The notes below the pieces were generated by a model. The model was not told the DNA's origin. It searched no databases and saw only the letters and a list, made by a program, of their open reading frames with translations. Both the position numbers and the translations under genes were made by a program. Shown in pieces: positions 26,951 through 39,295 of a stretch of 64,000 nucleotides of DNA; the first letter of the stretch is position 1, and every line of letters begins with the position of its first letter. Origin of the DNA: Octopus sinensis. Lineage: Eukaryota. The stretch is from assembly GCF_006345805.1 (NCBI RefSeq), contig NC_042997.1, forward strand, positions 29,574,001-29,638,000, given 5' to 3'.

Positions 26951-27186
26951 TATTACGGAATGGACACCCGTGATTAAAAGGAATGAGACATCCGTAAGTA
27001 ATGGTTATAATTGTAGACATCCGTAACTGGAGACATCCGTAAGTAATGGTTATAATTGTAGCGAATAAAAACGACAAAATAAAGACTAATTTATAAAACA
27101 GTTAACAGTTATATTGGTGCATGCAGTGTAGATTCTTTTATGTAATTTTAATAGCTTTACTGTTTTAAGCATTTATCCACTTAAAT

Positions 27187-27240
27187 AGGGCGTAGTGGTT
27201 AAGAGCGCGGGCTATTCAACACAAGAGTCCGACTTCGGTT
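27187..27240 (+). mobile_element. tRNA-derived SINE head fragment
   Basis: ggcgtagtggttaagagcgcgggct... has an A box and a decayed B box but no complete cloverleaf. Confidence 0.5.
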
Positions 27241-27899
27241 TTTTTTCGGTTTTTTTTGTACCTTTTAATTAACGTTAATCTGTCAATTTGACCCCCGACA
27301 CACTTACAATTTCAGCAGGGCGGCTAATTTTGATGGACAACTATTTCAAAGCTTGCAGCTATTCTGTCATAACAACAAATTCACATTATAGTGAAATGAA
27401 AATAATAAAAAGCTAAGGTTTTCAAGCGAAGGCAGAAGCAAAATAATGTGCACTTTGTAGATAAAATTTGCAAAGAGGACAGGAAAGATAAACACCCAGT
27501 TTCTCTAAGTTTCAGCACGCAATAATTGCCGTTATTGTAGTCGCGATACTGCTCTGTTTCTTTCATATAAAGCAACTTTGATTTCTTGTAAGAATAATTC
27601 TAATTAAAAGAAATTTAAAACACACACTAAATATGAATTCTGTAATCTTAAATGGCTTCGTTGATGATAGTGTGAAAAAATAAAAATAAACAGAAATATG
27701 TATGGGTGTGTTTTCGTTGTTCGCGTGCGCCATCAAATTAATAAACTAATAAACTGAATTATATAAGTTAGCTAATTGATCACCAGCCTTCCTAAAAAAA
27801 TTGTTTAAGATATGAGAGAAAAATTAGATTACTGAAAGGCATCAAAGATATTTTTAAAATATTAATGTATAGAATAAAATATTTTTATAATTTAGCTAT

Positions 27900-28120
27900 A
27901 TGGCGAGCTGGTAGAATCGCTAGGACGCCAGGCAAAACGCTTAGCGATATTTCTTATGTCTTTATGGTATAAGTTCCATCTTTACGTTATAAGGTTACTT
28001 AGACTTTTGTCTTTTCCGGGCCGACTAAATAGGTACTAGATGAACACCTGTTTGATGTAATTGATTTATCCACCTTCTCCGAAATTTCTGGCCTTGTTCC
28101 AAAATTTCGAACCCATATTA
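27900..28120 (+). mobile_element. SINE family B, diverged copy
   Basis: ggcgagctggtagaatcgctaggacgccaggcaaaacgcttagc head and ...ttctggccttgttcc tail. Confidence 0.65.
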
Positions 28121-28394
28121 AAAATTAATAATGGAAAATTTTCCTTCAATACTCGATTATAATTCCACTTAAGTACCACTTCTTAGAACTTTCCTAAGAT
28201 TTTCTTTGAATATAATATATTTTTATATACTATTTTGGGAATAAAAATTTTAAGTTGCTGCTGTTTAAGTATCTTGAAGCTGCGTATTACATCTTCTATC
28301 TCTATCCCTCTCTCTCTCTCTCTCGTGTTGCCTTTATCACTCTATCTCTGTATAAATATGTGAAGAAAGAGATCAATGAATATTTAGATAGAGT

Positions 28395-28487
28395 GATGGA
28401 TAGATAGAAAGATAGATAGTTAGGTAGGTAGGTAGGTAGGTAGGTAGGTAGTTATTTAGCTAGATAGATTGATAAATAGACAGACAT

Positions 28488-28563
<76 letters not shown>
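28395..28563. repeat. (GATA)n/(GGTA)n microsatellite at the 3' end of the Tx1 element
   Basis: Seen directly in the sequence. Confidence 0.95.
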
Positions 28564-28564
28564 G

Positions 28565-30139
28565 TTTCTTTATTGGCCACACAGGGCTGCACACAGATGG
28601 GACAAGTTACAAGGTAGAGCTTTTCTTTTGGGGGCTGAAGGAAACAAAAAACAAAAGAAAAAAAGGGGTGGCGTAGGTTTTCGATCAAGAGGGATCGTAA
28701 AAGGGAAGAAAAGAACAAAAATAAAAAAATAAATAAATAAAATAAATAAATAAAAAGAATAAAAAGAAAAAAAAGAAAAGGAAAAGGAACAAAAGAAAAG
28801 CGAAATGAAAAAAGAAGAAAAAAGGGGGAAAAAAGGGGAAGAGGAAAAAAGAACGATCAATAAGGATCGTGTATCACAGTGTTATGATATATGGTGTAAA
28901 AGGGAAAGCAAGTAAGGTTTATCCGTGGGAAGAATAGCCTACGAAAAAAGACCACGGTAACCTTGGTCAATATTGTTATATGTTACCACATTTGTTTGCA
29001 AGTGGGTAACCCTCTGTTTTCAATTTCTGGTTTCATAGGATTATGCTCAAGATGGCTTCGTCATTCATACGTGCCATCCTTGATACATTCACCCATCTTT
29101 TTTTAAAACATTCGCTAGACAAAACTTGCCTCTCTACTCTCACTTTCCTTTTCAAGTGGTACTTGAAGAAGTTGATGAGAGATTGACCAGAGAGGAAAGT
29201 GTTTGTCTCCAATCCTTTCAGACGCGTCCACCAGATACATTCTTTTGCCATAGCCACAAGGATTATGAAAATAGCTCTTCCTTCCCGTTTGAAGGAAGGA
29301 GGCGTGACAATATTGACGATAGACTCAGCTGATAAACCGACTCGTCCCACACGTGACAGCAGTTGTTCGACATAAGCCCACAGGTCGGAAATTGTTGGAC
29401 ACTGCACGAGTGCGTGCAGAACGGTTTCGTCGCTCTGACCGCATCTCGGGCAGGTCGGCCCCGTGTTTCTCGAGCCGTGTCTGTAGAGCTTATCCCGAAC
29501 GGGTAGCGCTTCTCGGTAGCACTGCAAGGCCAGGGATCTCTGGAAGTTGTCCATGGGCCCTGGCCCGAAAGTCGTCCCGAACAGGCAGGTCTGGTACTCC
29601 TCGTCGACGTCCAGGTTCGCCCCGAGCTCGTCGTCGTACCTCCCCTCCACTAATCCCCGATAGAATGCTTTGGTTGTGTTGAAGTCACTCAAGGTCGACG
29701 CAGGACGGCAGAGTTGCTTGAGAGCAACGCGACACTCGCGGTGCCATTCGCCCTTCCTCGGCCTCTTTTTGATCCACGACTGCAGTTCGGTCATGGAGAC
29801 GAGCTGCGGGAAAGCGTGCCTCAGAAACGGCGACCACACCTGTTCACCGTCGTCTACATAGAGCCAGAGATGTCGCAGTCTCAGCGCGTGTCTGCGCATC
29901 ATCAACCACGGCATGCCCAGCCCTCCTTTTAACGGGTGTTGACAGCAAATGGATCGCCTGACCATCGGGACGAATCCTTTCCACAAGAAGCGAAAGAGAA
30001 TGCGTTGTAGTTTGGTGATGTCAGGGTCGGGACAAGGTACGACGGTCAGGCGGTAGTAGATGACGGATGCGATGTACGTGTTCGCCACCTCCGCCCGACC
30101 TTTTAGGGACAGTTTCCTCTCGGCCCATTGCCGGGCGAG
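28565..30139 (-). mobile_element. 5'-truncated Tx1-group (L1 clade) LINE: ORF2 C-terminus with zf-RVT, plus 3'UTR
   Basis: An uninterrupted ORF of 351+ aa (29033-30088, open further to ~30139) includes LFRFLWKG, GGLGMP and CPRCGQSDETVLHALVQC. It is followed by a T-rich 3'UTR, AATAAA and then (TATC)n. Confidence 0.92.
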
Positions 30140-30177
30140 AGATAGATAGATAAATAGATAGATAGATAGATAGATAT

Positions 30178-30221
<44 letters not shown>

Positions 30222-30235
30222 GCAGACAGACAGAC

Positions 30236-30285
<50 letters not shown>

Positions 30286-30299
30286 GCAGACAGACAGGC

Positions 30300-30370
<71 letters not shown>

Positions 30371-30388
30371 GATAGATAGATAGATAGA
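30140..30388. repeat. (GATA)n microsatellite at the 5' end of the Tx1 element
   Basis: Seen directly in the sequence. Confidence 0.95.
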
Positions 30389-31104
30389 TTAATACTTAGA
30401 TAATCAATAAACAAAAACTCTTTACTGTTGAATAACTTAATAAAATGGTATAATTTAACAGTAACGAAAGCAACATTGTAAATACGTATGGTTATTAAAT
30501 TATGATGGTGAAAATAATGGATTAATATGTCAAAGTGTAAGAAAATATAATTATGCAAACTAATATTTATGTAAAATAAGCTGCCTTTAGTTAATAATGG
30601 TCATCACGCATGGGTATTGCTAATATTTGAAATGGCATAAACATAATGGAATACTGAGAAATTTAAAATTCATATTCATAATGCGCTCTAAGTTAATTTC
30701 ATTTCAAGATGATCATCATTTTATTGTATAAAAACACAGAAAACTCCAGTAGCTATATATATTAAAGTTTAGAAACAAATAATTTCATTAATATGCAGAC
30801 AAGTTTAAAATCAATACGTACCTGAATTATATAGAGGAATTGTTTATGTGCGCGAAGAGAAGTAAACTAGTATATGGTTATTAAAAGAGTATATGGTTAT
30901 GCTGCATAAGAATACTGAGATGTGAAAGTAAAGAAATACAGATATGTATATTCAGTAGGTAGTTTACTGTGCTACTATTCATTGAATATTTGACTATTAC
31001 TATATATGCTAGATAAAGTTGGTGAAAAGAAGAGAAAACAGTAAAACATTCAAAAGAAGTAAACATATTACAATAAGGTTATATCCATGCAGTGATGGTA
31101 AATA

Positions 31105-32335
31105 TCAGGTCATTGCATCAGTTCTGTCCGAATTTTGAATAAAGAAATCAGTGTGATCAAATATTATATTTAACTGAAATTTTGTCATCAATATACTTAC
31201 CATGATTATCTATGACTTCCATCTTCTATCTATTTACAAGCTTTTTAATCCCAACAATGTAAAACTCTTTTGGTTTCAAAGCGAAGAATTCTGAAATGTC
31301 GGTTTTGAACTCCTTTTGGCTTGCGAAACTTATGTCCCACAATTGATTCTGTAGCTACGAAACAAATGGTAGCCTGAAGGAGCAATGTCGGGAAAATAAG
31401 TTGGATGACGAATTTTTTTCCCAACCACACACTTCGATCTTCTGTAATGAGATCTTTGCAGTGTGCAGTCACGCAATGTCCTGATGAAGCATCACATCAC
31501 TCCTTTTCGATTGACTAAAGCGGTTCTTTTATTTAATCTTGGTTCAAATGCTCTAATTGCTGACAGTAGATTTGAACATTAATTGTTTCCTTAGGTGGTA
31601 ACAATTCAAAGTGAATTACTCCTTTGCAATCCCGCCAGATAGAAAGAAGAAGCTTTTTTCCCATGGAGTTCCCTTCTCGGTTTTGGTTCAGCTTTCTCCT
31701 TTTTACCAAGCCACTGTTTACCAAGCCAATTTTCGTCACCAGTCACAAGTCTATCCAAAAAAGGTGAAATGAGTTCGCGAGAATGGAGAGAAAATCAGAT
31801 GTCAACTCGGAATTTGCGGTCGCTTTTAGACAATTCATGAAACACCCATTTTCCAGTTGTATGGTTAGAACTAAGTTTTATTGCCAATTCTTCAACTGAT
31901 AATGCACGATTTTCTTCAAGTAATACCTTAAGATGCTTATCATTAAACTCAACTGGACGTCCTTTTCGATCTTCATCTTGAAGACTGAAATCTTCATTTC
32001 TGAATTTTGCAAACCATCTTCTGCAAGATCTTTCATTCAAGCATTCTTTCCTATAAATTGAGTGTATGTTTCGAGTCGCTTCGGCTGCATAAAGCATAAA
32101 GCATTATACTCATAAAGCATTATGTGCTTCAAATGCTCTTTGGATACCCTCATGTTAGAAATGGTTTTAATCAAAGAACTTTTAATTCTATTATTCTGTA
32201 GAATAATATTTAATTCGTTTAAATGTGCACATAAAAAAAAAAAACTTTAAATTCCATTAGACATTCTAAACTACTATTAAATTTCATTCAATTTTTGAAA
32301 ATATAATATAGGACAGAAATTATGGTATGACCTGA
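31105..32335 (-). mobile_element. Mariner transposon, same family as 11262-12492
   Basis: KECLNERSCRRWFAKFRNEDFSL and GKWVFHEL. TIRs TCAGGTCATTGCATCAGTTCTGTCCGA and TCAGGTCATACCATAATTTCTGTCCTA. TA flanks. Collinear with the first copy. Confidence 0.9.
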
Positions 32336-34025
32336 TATATGGCGCGAAATCTTTCTTTCTCTATCCTGGGGTTTTACTAAAAACAATTTGTGGCGTCGTG
32401 TATAATATGATTTCAAAATGATCAGTATCTCATTCTTTATTTTAAATTTTTTTACATAATTACAATGATTAAACGTTGATTTGCAAAAATGAAAAAGTGA
32501 ATTTACTATATATAAGGGATATGTTTTACAGTTGCGAAGCGAGAAGAAATAATATAACATCCGAACCTTTAAACGAAAAGGAACGATTTCTGATTTCGAG
32601 TTCTGTAAGACATTGTGAGCCGATTTCTAAATCTTCACAAGTCGACCAGGAATTAATTTCAAATTAATGGTAATATTTCATTATTATTTCTCTTTACATC
32701 TAATCGCTTCGTTAATATATTATGAATATTATCAGCTCTGTGTTTATAGCCAAATACTAAATTTTTCTTCAATTGCTAACATTATTCTACAATTCAGCAC
32801 GCAAAATTAGAATTTTTAGAAATCCTCTTTTGTTTCTTTTCTTTTCCAAACCTAGTTAAATACATGTTTTTAGGTTTACATGTCTACAAGTGGTTTAGTA
32901 GTCTCATATGCATTATTTTTACCCTGGCCCTTATAACGTTTCTAGAGTCTACATCTTTCGATATGCACATATTCCAAATAAATGAAAAGCATTTTCTCCC
33001 TTAAAATGCATGCGTTATTATATAACTCGCTATTTGGTGATTAAGGAACAGGTGTTATCTACCATTCATGTTCCGAACGGAATATTTATTTGCATCTTAC
33101 AATTTTAACTCATGCCTAGCATTTACTTTACACGATAGTATTACAAAGTATGCATCATCAAACATTGAATCAAATAAGCAGGGCGAGCTCTGATATTTTG
33201 AATTTTGAAATAGCTAAAGATCTTTTATTGGATTTTGTCGTTGTAGATTTGGAGAAGATCAATAGATATATAGATTAACTCAATGACATGCTTGCAACAG
33301 AATAGTAATTTTAAAATAAATTATCGTTTGTATATTTAATATCCTTTGCATGGTAATTTTGTCCAATATTTCCATTGCTGCAGAGAGTAACCCTATAATT
33401 ATTCGAGTCTCTAATCTTTACAAGATATCATGTTAGGATGTCACCAAACTTTTCAAGCTGTCAGTCTTTAACTGGGGAGCAAACACCTTTGCTTCTTAGT
33501 AAAATATCTATGTTTACCAAATCCAGATTAATTCATATTATTTATTCTCAACAGAATTCGAGCGAATTAAATATGTTATCACAGCACAAGCTTTAAATTT
33601 TGCACATTGTACTCATCTAAATTTTCCTTTCCATCAGGTGTTGAACTATCAGCGACAAAAGTATACTTTAGGGTTGCAATCAGATTATGTGCTTAATATT
33701 GAATCTAAAATAGTACTATGCTATTAAAATCCTTCCCTTAACAATTGAAGTATTTCTTTTGCCATCTAAATACACAATTCGTGAATGAACTAATTACTTT
33801 GCCAACAGGTAAAATCCATTAAGGTGATATATATTGGTTACGATCAATTATCGAATTATCCGTTATATTCAGCTACTTACGTTTAAAGATTTCTTCCCTA
33901 CAAATTACGCAGTAATATATAGGATTATCTCTATAAATTTCACTCTTACATATTCCATTAATCCTCCTATCATGTTTTCTATTTTACTATTCTTTCTCCT
34001 CTCTCAGAATATGTAACTATGAACG

Positions 34026-34797
34026 TATTTCTAAAACACCTTATAATCAAAAGAACCGTTGGGCGAAGCATGAGAACCTAATCAGAATTTATTGTCAATA
34101 TTACTTCAGAATTAAATTTCTAAGGATACCAAGCATTGCCAAGATGTTGACAGTGGTCTGATTAGCTTGACAATGCATGAGGCCTTCAACCCTAAGGCGT
34201 ACGTACACAGGCTCTACAGGAATATGTGTAAAGGTGGGCGTGAGCTGATAAGCGAACGAGGGTGCATCAACAGTGAAAGCAGAAACATAGCAGAATATTT
34301 GGTAATCAGAAAACAAGACCTGCTACAGTATGCTGTAAATGCAGAAGGATTTACCAAAAATGGACTTGAGAATGCTTATGAATTCCGATCACTAATAGCC
34401 AACCAATGTGACCGATATATTTCTAAAACACCTTATAATCAAAAGAACCGTTGGGCGAAGCATGAGAACCTAATCAGAATTTATTGTCAATATTACTTCA
34501 GAATTAAATTTCTAAGGATACCAAGCATTGCCAAGATGTTGACAGTGGTCTGATTAGCTTGACAATGCATGAGGCCTTCAACCCTAAGGCGTACGTACAC
34601 AGGCTCTACAGGAATATGTGTAAAGGTGGGCGTGAGCTGATAAGCGAACGAGGGTGCATCAACAGTGAAAGCAGAAACATAGCAGAATATTTGGTAATCA
34701 GAAAACAAGACCTGCTACAGTATGCTGTAAATGCAGAAGGATTTACCAAAAATGGACTTGAGAATGCTTATGAATTCCGAACACTAATAGCCAACCA
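34026..34797 (+). repeat. Tandem duplication: 2 x 380 bp, period 392
   Basis: 34026-34405 matches 34418-34797 with one mismatch seen (34389 vs 34781) and a 12-nt spacer. The ORF track shows identical peptides offset by 392. Confidence 0.95.
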
Positions 34798-35650
34798 GAG
34801 TGAAGAAAACTTATTCTGCATAGAATTACATGGTCAGTTCCACTGTGAAACTAGCAAATTAAAAGACCAGGAAACATCATGGAGGTGACTAGGCAAGAGT
34901 GACATAAAAAATAAGACTGAAAGCTGCTCAGGTTCAGACATTAAATAACAACTCAGTGAACAAAGATATATACCATACAAGTGCAACGAACTTCTGAAGA
35001 ATGTGTGGGAAGAGGGTCGAATATGTGACTCACATTGTTAGTGTTTGTGAAACTCTTGAATGTGTACAAGTGCAGACACGACAAGGTAACCCAAAACCTT
35101 CACTGGCTATTATGTCGAAAGTATTGAAAACAGGTAAGGAACTTTTGATACCAACATACACCGGAAAAGGTAATGGACGAAAAGAGAAAGTCAAAAATCC
35201 GATAGGACTTTGATTTCCAGACAGACAAGGGTTTGGAGCACCGACGGCCGGATATAGTAATATTTTGGAGGGACAAATAAGAGTGCCTAATAATAGACGT
35301 GGCAGTGGCAAGTGATCAACATATCATAAAAAAGAGAAAAGTTTGATAAATACGAAGATCTGATAATTAAGATTACCAATATGTATCAGGTACAAGATTC
35401 AAACATAAAGGTTGTCTCTGTTGGGTTCAATACCACCCAAACTGAGAAAACATCTGGAAAGTTTAGAAATACCCTACAATCTTGGTGTATTACAAAACTC
35501 GCCATTAATTGGAACTGCACTAAATTTGCGTAAAGAACTCTCTGTCTAAGATCTTTGTTGTGACTTGACAGACTGTACAAAGCCCCGATAGACACAATAT
35601 CTTCAATCAACAAGAACACGACATTTGATACTGTGCTACGTCTTTAGTAG
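34026..35650 (+). mobile_element. 5'-truncated R4/Dong-like (RLE-type) LINE containing an internal tandem duplication
   Basis: LTMHEAFNPKAYVHRLY...KGGRELIS, then a CCHC-like segment (MCGKRVEYVTHIVSVC), RHD, and a PD-(D/E)xK-like segment (LIIDVAV...KY.DL). A short TAG/TAA tail follows. Confidence 0.8.
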
Positions 35651-35924
35651 TAATACTATTTTTTTAACCCCAGAGGAACAACTTTTCCATCAAGTGAACG
35701 ACAACCTGTGACCGATATATTGCAAGCAAGAGGCTAACCCCTACCAATGTCTAGCGATTTGACAGGACCAGTAGGCCAACCTCGTTTCGGGTGTTTTTTT
35801 ATTTTATTTTTGCCTATTCTCAGTATTTGACACCTGTCCGCTAGAGATACATAAGGTTACAGGTGGTAACCCACTTTTCACATAAACCTTACCAAGAATA
35901 AGGCCGAACCCGAGCCAAACCATA

Positions 35925-35925
35925 C

Positions 35926-35962
<37 letters not shown>

Positions 35963-35998
35963 TAATAATAATAATATAATAATAATAATAATATAATA

Positions 35999-36049
<51 letters not shown>

Positions 36050-36066
36050 TAATAATAATAATGATA
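35925..36066. repeat. (TAA)n microsatellite
   Basis: Seen directly in the sequence. Confidence 0.95.
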
Positions 36067-36587
36067 ATCAGAAATATGTATGGGTGTGCGTATGTGTGTG
36101 TATGTATGCAAGCGCGTTTGTGTATATGTGTGCGCACGCTGATATTTCTCTGTACATGTGTGTGATTCTGTAACTTGCTTTTTGTGTAAATATACTTTGG
36201 AGAAATGTGATTACGTCCCACCAGTTATTTTAATGTATATATACATCCTTTTCGATATGCAAAAAAGGGCCAATTCCAATTTTAAAAGGCAGATTTTATG
36301 ATACACTTAGTCTAAGAATATTTTATGCAAATATATTTTTATCTCTTTCATCCCGAATCTCTACTTGTATTACGCATAAATCACGCGCATTTTTGTGTTT
36401 ATTATTCAGAATCAATTTTTCCATAGTATTCTCAGTAGTTTACCTTCAGTTTTTGTACATTCAAAGTGAAGAATTTCAAATTTGAAGCAAAAATTGTTTA
36501 TAACCTATAAAGAGCAGTGTTAATGGTATATACATTACTTTTACGTCTCCTATTACTTTACGGTCTTCCTTGATGAGATAAATATAT

Positions 36588-36785
36588 ATTTCTTTATTGC
36601 CCACATGGGCTAAACATAGAGGGGACAAATGAGGACATACAAAGGGATGAAATCGATTACAACCCCCCAGTGCGTAATCTCGAAAGGATGAAAGGCAAAG
36701 TCGAACTCGGCGGAGTTTGAACTCAGAACGTAACGGCAGAAGAAATATCAGCTTGCAAAAGATTCTTCCAGCTCGCCGCCTTCAG
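36588..36785 (-). mobile_element. SINE family B with the Tx1-like tail (type B)
   Basis: tttctttattgcccacatgggctaaacatagaggggacaa tail, family B body, and head ...ccagctcgccgcc. Confidence 0.85.
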
Positions 36786-36935
36786 ATGAGATGAATATTG
36801 CAAAATTTATTACAGTACACACGTTTAGACAGGCCGATTCTTTTATTTTACTTTATTGTAAACAAATTTCATATGCAATGCGAAGTGACCTATTTATGTT
36901 TTAAAATACATACATACATACAAGCATACAAACAT

Positions 36936-37024
<89 letters not shown>

Positions 37025-37339
37025 AGATATTTCAAAGCATATTTTACGCTTGAGATAGTTAAATCATCATTTTCAGGATTTCCCACTGATTTCTAAGTAT
37101 TTCACATAAATTCTATACTGTTGTACAGAGAAATGTTTAATTCAAATATGAACTTTCTTCACACATATACCTGTTTCTACTCATGCATGCACACACACAC
37201 ACTACGAGCCAAACCTCTGCAAGAACGAATGGTTGAGCTAAACAGATTAATGGATGATAAAATAGTAACAAAGAGCGTTATTTACATTATTTATATTATT
37301 TACACTTGACGGATATTTGTCCTCATCTTGTTTGCTGTT

Positions 37340-37386
37340 AACACAACGTTTCGGCTGAAATACCCGCCAAGTCTTCATCAGGTGTC
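37340..37386 (-). ncRNA. Hammerhead ribozyme (minimal type I, weakened stem II) in a Penelope pLTR-like fragment
   Basis: Minus strand: gacac-CUGAUGA-a-gact...agcc-GAAA-C-GUU-gtgtt. Stem I is gacac/gtgtt and stem III is the palindrome ACGU. Confidence 0.7.
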
Positions 37387-37469
37387 TTGGGGAATTTTCG
37401 TACCTGGGTTCACATTCCTAAGGTATGTTTCGATGTTATTATTATTATTATACTTATTACTATTATTAT

Positions 37470-37985
37470 TATTGAGTGAGCGAGCAGAGCATGCCATCAA
37501 AGTGACACTGGGGTAAAATATACGAAGCCCAGTATACCCATCATGACTACCCGTCTGATAAGGATACACTAGGCACATGCATCACAACCATATGTGCGCG
37601 ACATGGTGATCTCATATCAAGATAAACAGCACATGACCTTGCAGGTGGAGCCCAGTTAGAATTTTCTTCAGATCGAGTAGCCCATTCCGCTCAAAAGGTC
37701 CCTGAAAAAGGGTTGTTTAAGGACGTTGAACGAAACACCCATGTTTCCAGAGGTGAATTATTCAAACCCCAAAGAATCCTTCTCAACACATGGCTATGAT
37801 GCTCCCCCACTACTTCTGCTCGTGATCAGAGATGCACATATCGTCAGCCACTAAGGGACATGCTCAACTGGTTAAGGTCAAACAACTGACAAGCAAATCT
37901 GTGGTATTGAGCAGAATATTTGCTGTAGCCCATCTTTTATACCAAGACAAAACAATGTACATGATAACACTTCCAATCAGTTTTA
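37470..37985 (-). mobile_element. ~510-bp non-coding interspersed element embedded in (TAA)n; possibly a non-autonomous element or the 3'UTR of an R4/Dong-like element
   Basis: A GC-richer block bounded by (TAA/TTA)n on both sides, ending ...cactc-(AAT)n on the minus strand. The classification is inferred. Confidence 0.45.
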
Positions 37986-37990
37986 TTATT

Positions 37991-38085
<95 letters not shown>

Positions 38086-38089
38086 GTAA

Positions 38090-39130
38090 ATATTGTACAT
38101 AATTCCTCATCTCTTAAATATAGAACTGGAATAACAAAGATGCTGATAAATGGAGTGCAGTAGCTTTAAAGGACACGGTGAACTATCTGATTGTAGTGCT
38201 ATCCATATGAAAAGATACAACATACTACGAAGACGCCCAACACTACAGTCAGAAGAAAATAATGAAAAGCCTAAAAATATCTGATAAACTTATACAGAGA
38301 CGGGCTCGTCGACAAAAAATACGACTATATATACACGACAAACTTCAAAACTAAATCCAGTTACTTTTACGGTATTCCTAAGATATGCAAAAGTGAAACA
38401 AATAAGTAACTCATGCAGGGAGCTACAGACATAATAGTCAAAGTACCTCCACCTATTGACCTAAAATTAAGAGCTATAATAGCAGTCCCTGCATGCGAAA
38501 CTCACAACCTCAGCGACCTTTTACATACCCTTCTAAAAACCATTCGTCAAGCATATCGAAAGCTACATTAGGGGCGACCGAGATATTCTCAGCCACCTCC
38601 CTAAAACAAAAACAAAAAAAACCCTACTAGTATCCTTCGATGTAGTCAACATGTATTCTAATATCCCCCACAACCTAGGAATAGAGACAATACAAATCTG
38701 GCTAGAAAATTCTCCAATAATTCTCCTACACTGCATCAAAAAAGAATTTTTATAGAAGGAATACAATTCATCTTGGAGAATAATTTCTTCGTATTCAGAG
38801 ACAACATTTATCGACAGAAATCGTGGGACACAATGATTACGAGATTGCCCCCCACCCCCTTTGCTAACCTAGTGATGGGGTACCTATAAATCACTTTTTA
38901 TCGTAAGCTACTACGAATATACGGAAACTCATTCTCCCTTTACATAGAAAAAAACTGGAAAAGACATCTAGAGGACTGCTTCATTCTTTAGTATGAACGT
39001 ATAGAGGAACCTAAAGAATTTCAAGCACTTCTATAAGGACTTGACTTAAATATTTAATTTACAACTTCCATTCCTCGAAATCCTCCTTAAGAGATCCAAC
39101 AGCAAAATAAAAACATGTGTCATGTAGGTC
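38090..39130 (+). mobile_element. Penelope-like element RT fragment, decayed
   Basis: LLVSFDVVNMYSNIPHNLGIE and FANLVMGY motifs. Closely similar to 62986-63378 on the opposite strand. Confidence 0.85.
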
Positions 39131-39197
39131 ACTTGACCATTAAAGTAGATTCCAAACACAGCCTCTAGTATAGGGTCATACCACTCTTGTTATTTTT

Positions 39198-39295
39198 CTT
39201 TCTCTTCTTCTTCTTCTTCTTCTTCTTCTTCTTCTTCTTCTTCTTCTTCTTCTTCTCCTCCTCCTCCTCTTCCTCCTCCTTCTTCTTCGCCTTAT
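39198..39295. repeat. (TTC)n/(TCC)n microsatellite
   Basis: Seen directly in the sequence. Confidence 0.9.

Noticed and set aside
26985-27061. Short repeat-spacer-repeat pattern (32-mer x2)
   Set aside because: Only two units in a eukaryotic context: a local micro-duplication, not CRISPR.
29126-29932. Plus-strand ORFs over the Tx1 element
   Set aside because: Antisense shadow ORFs of a GC-rich coding strand.
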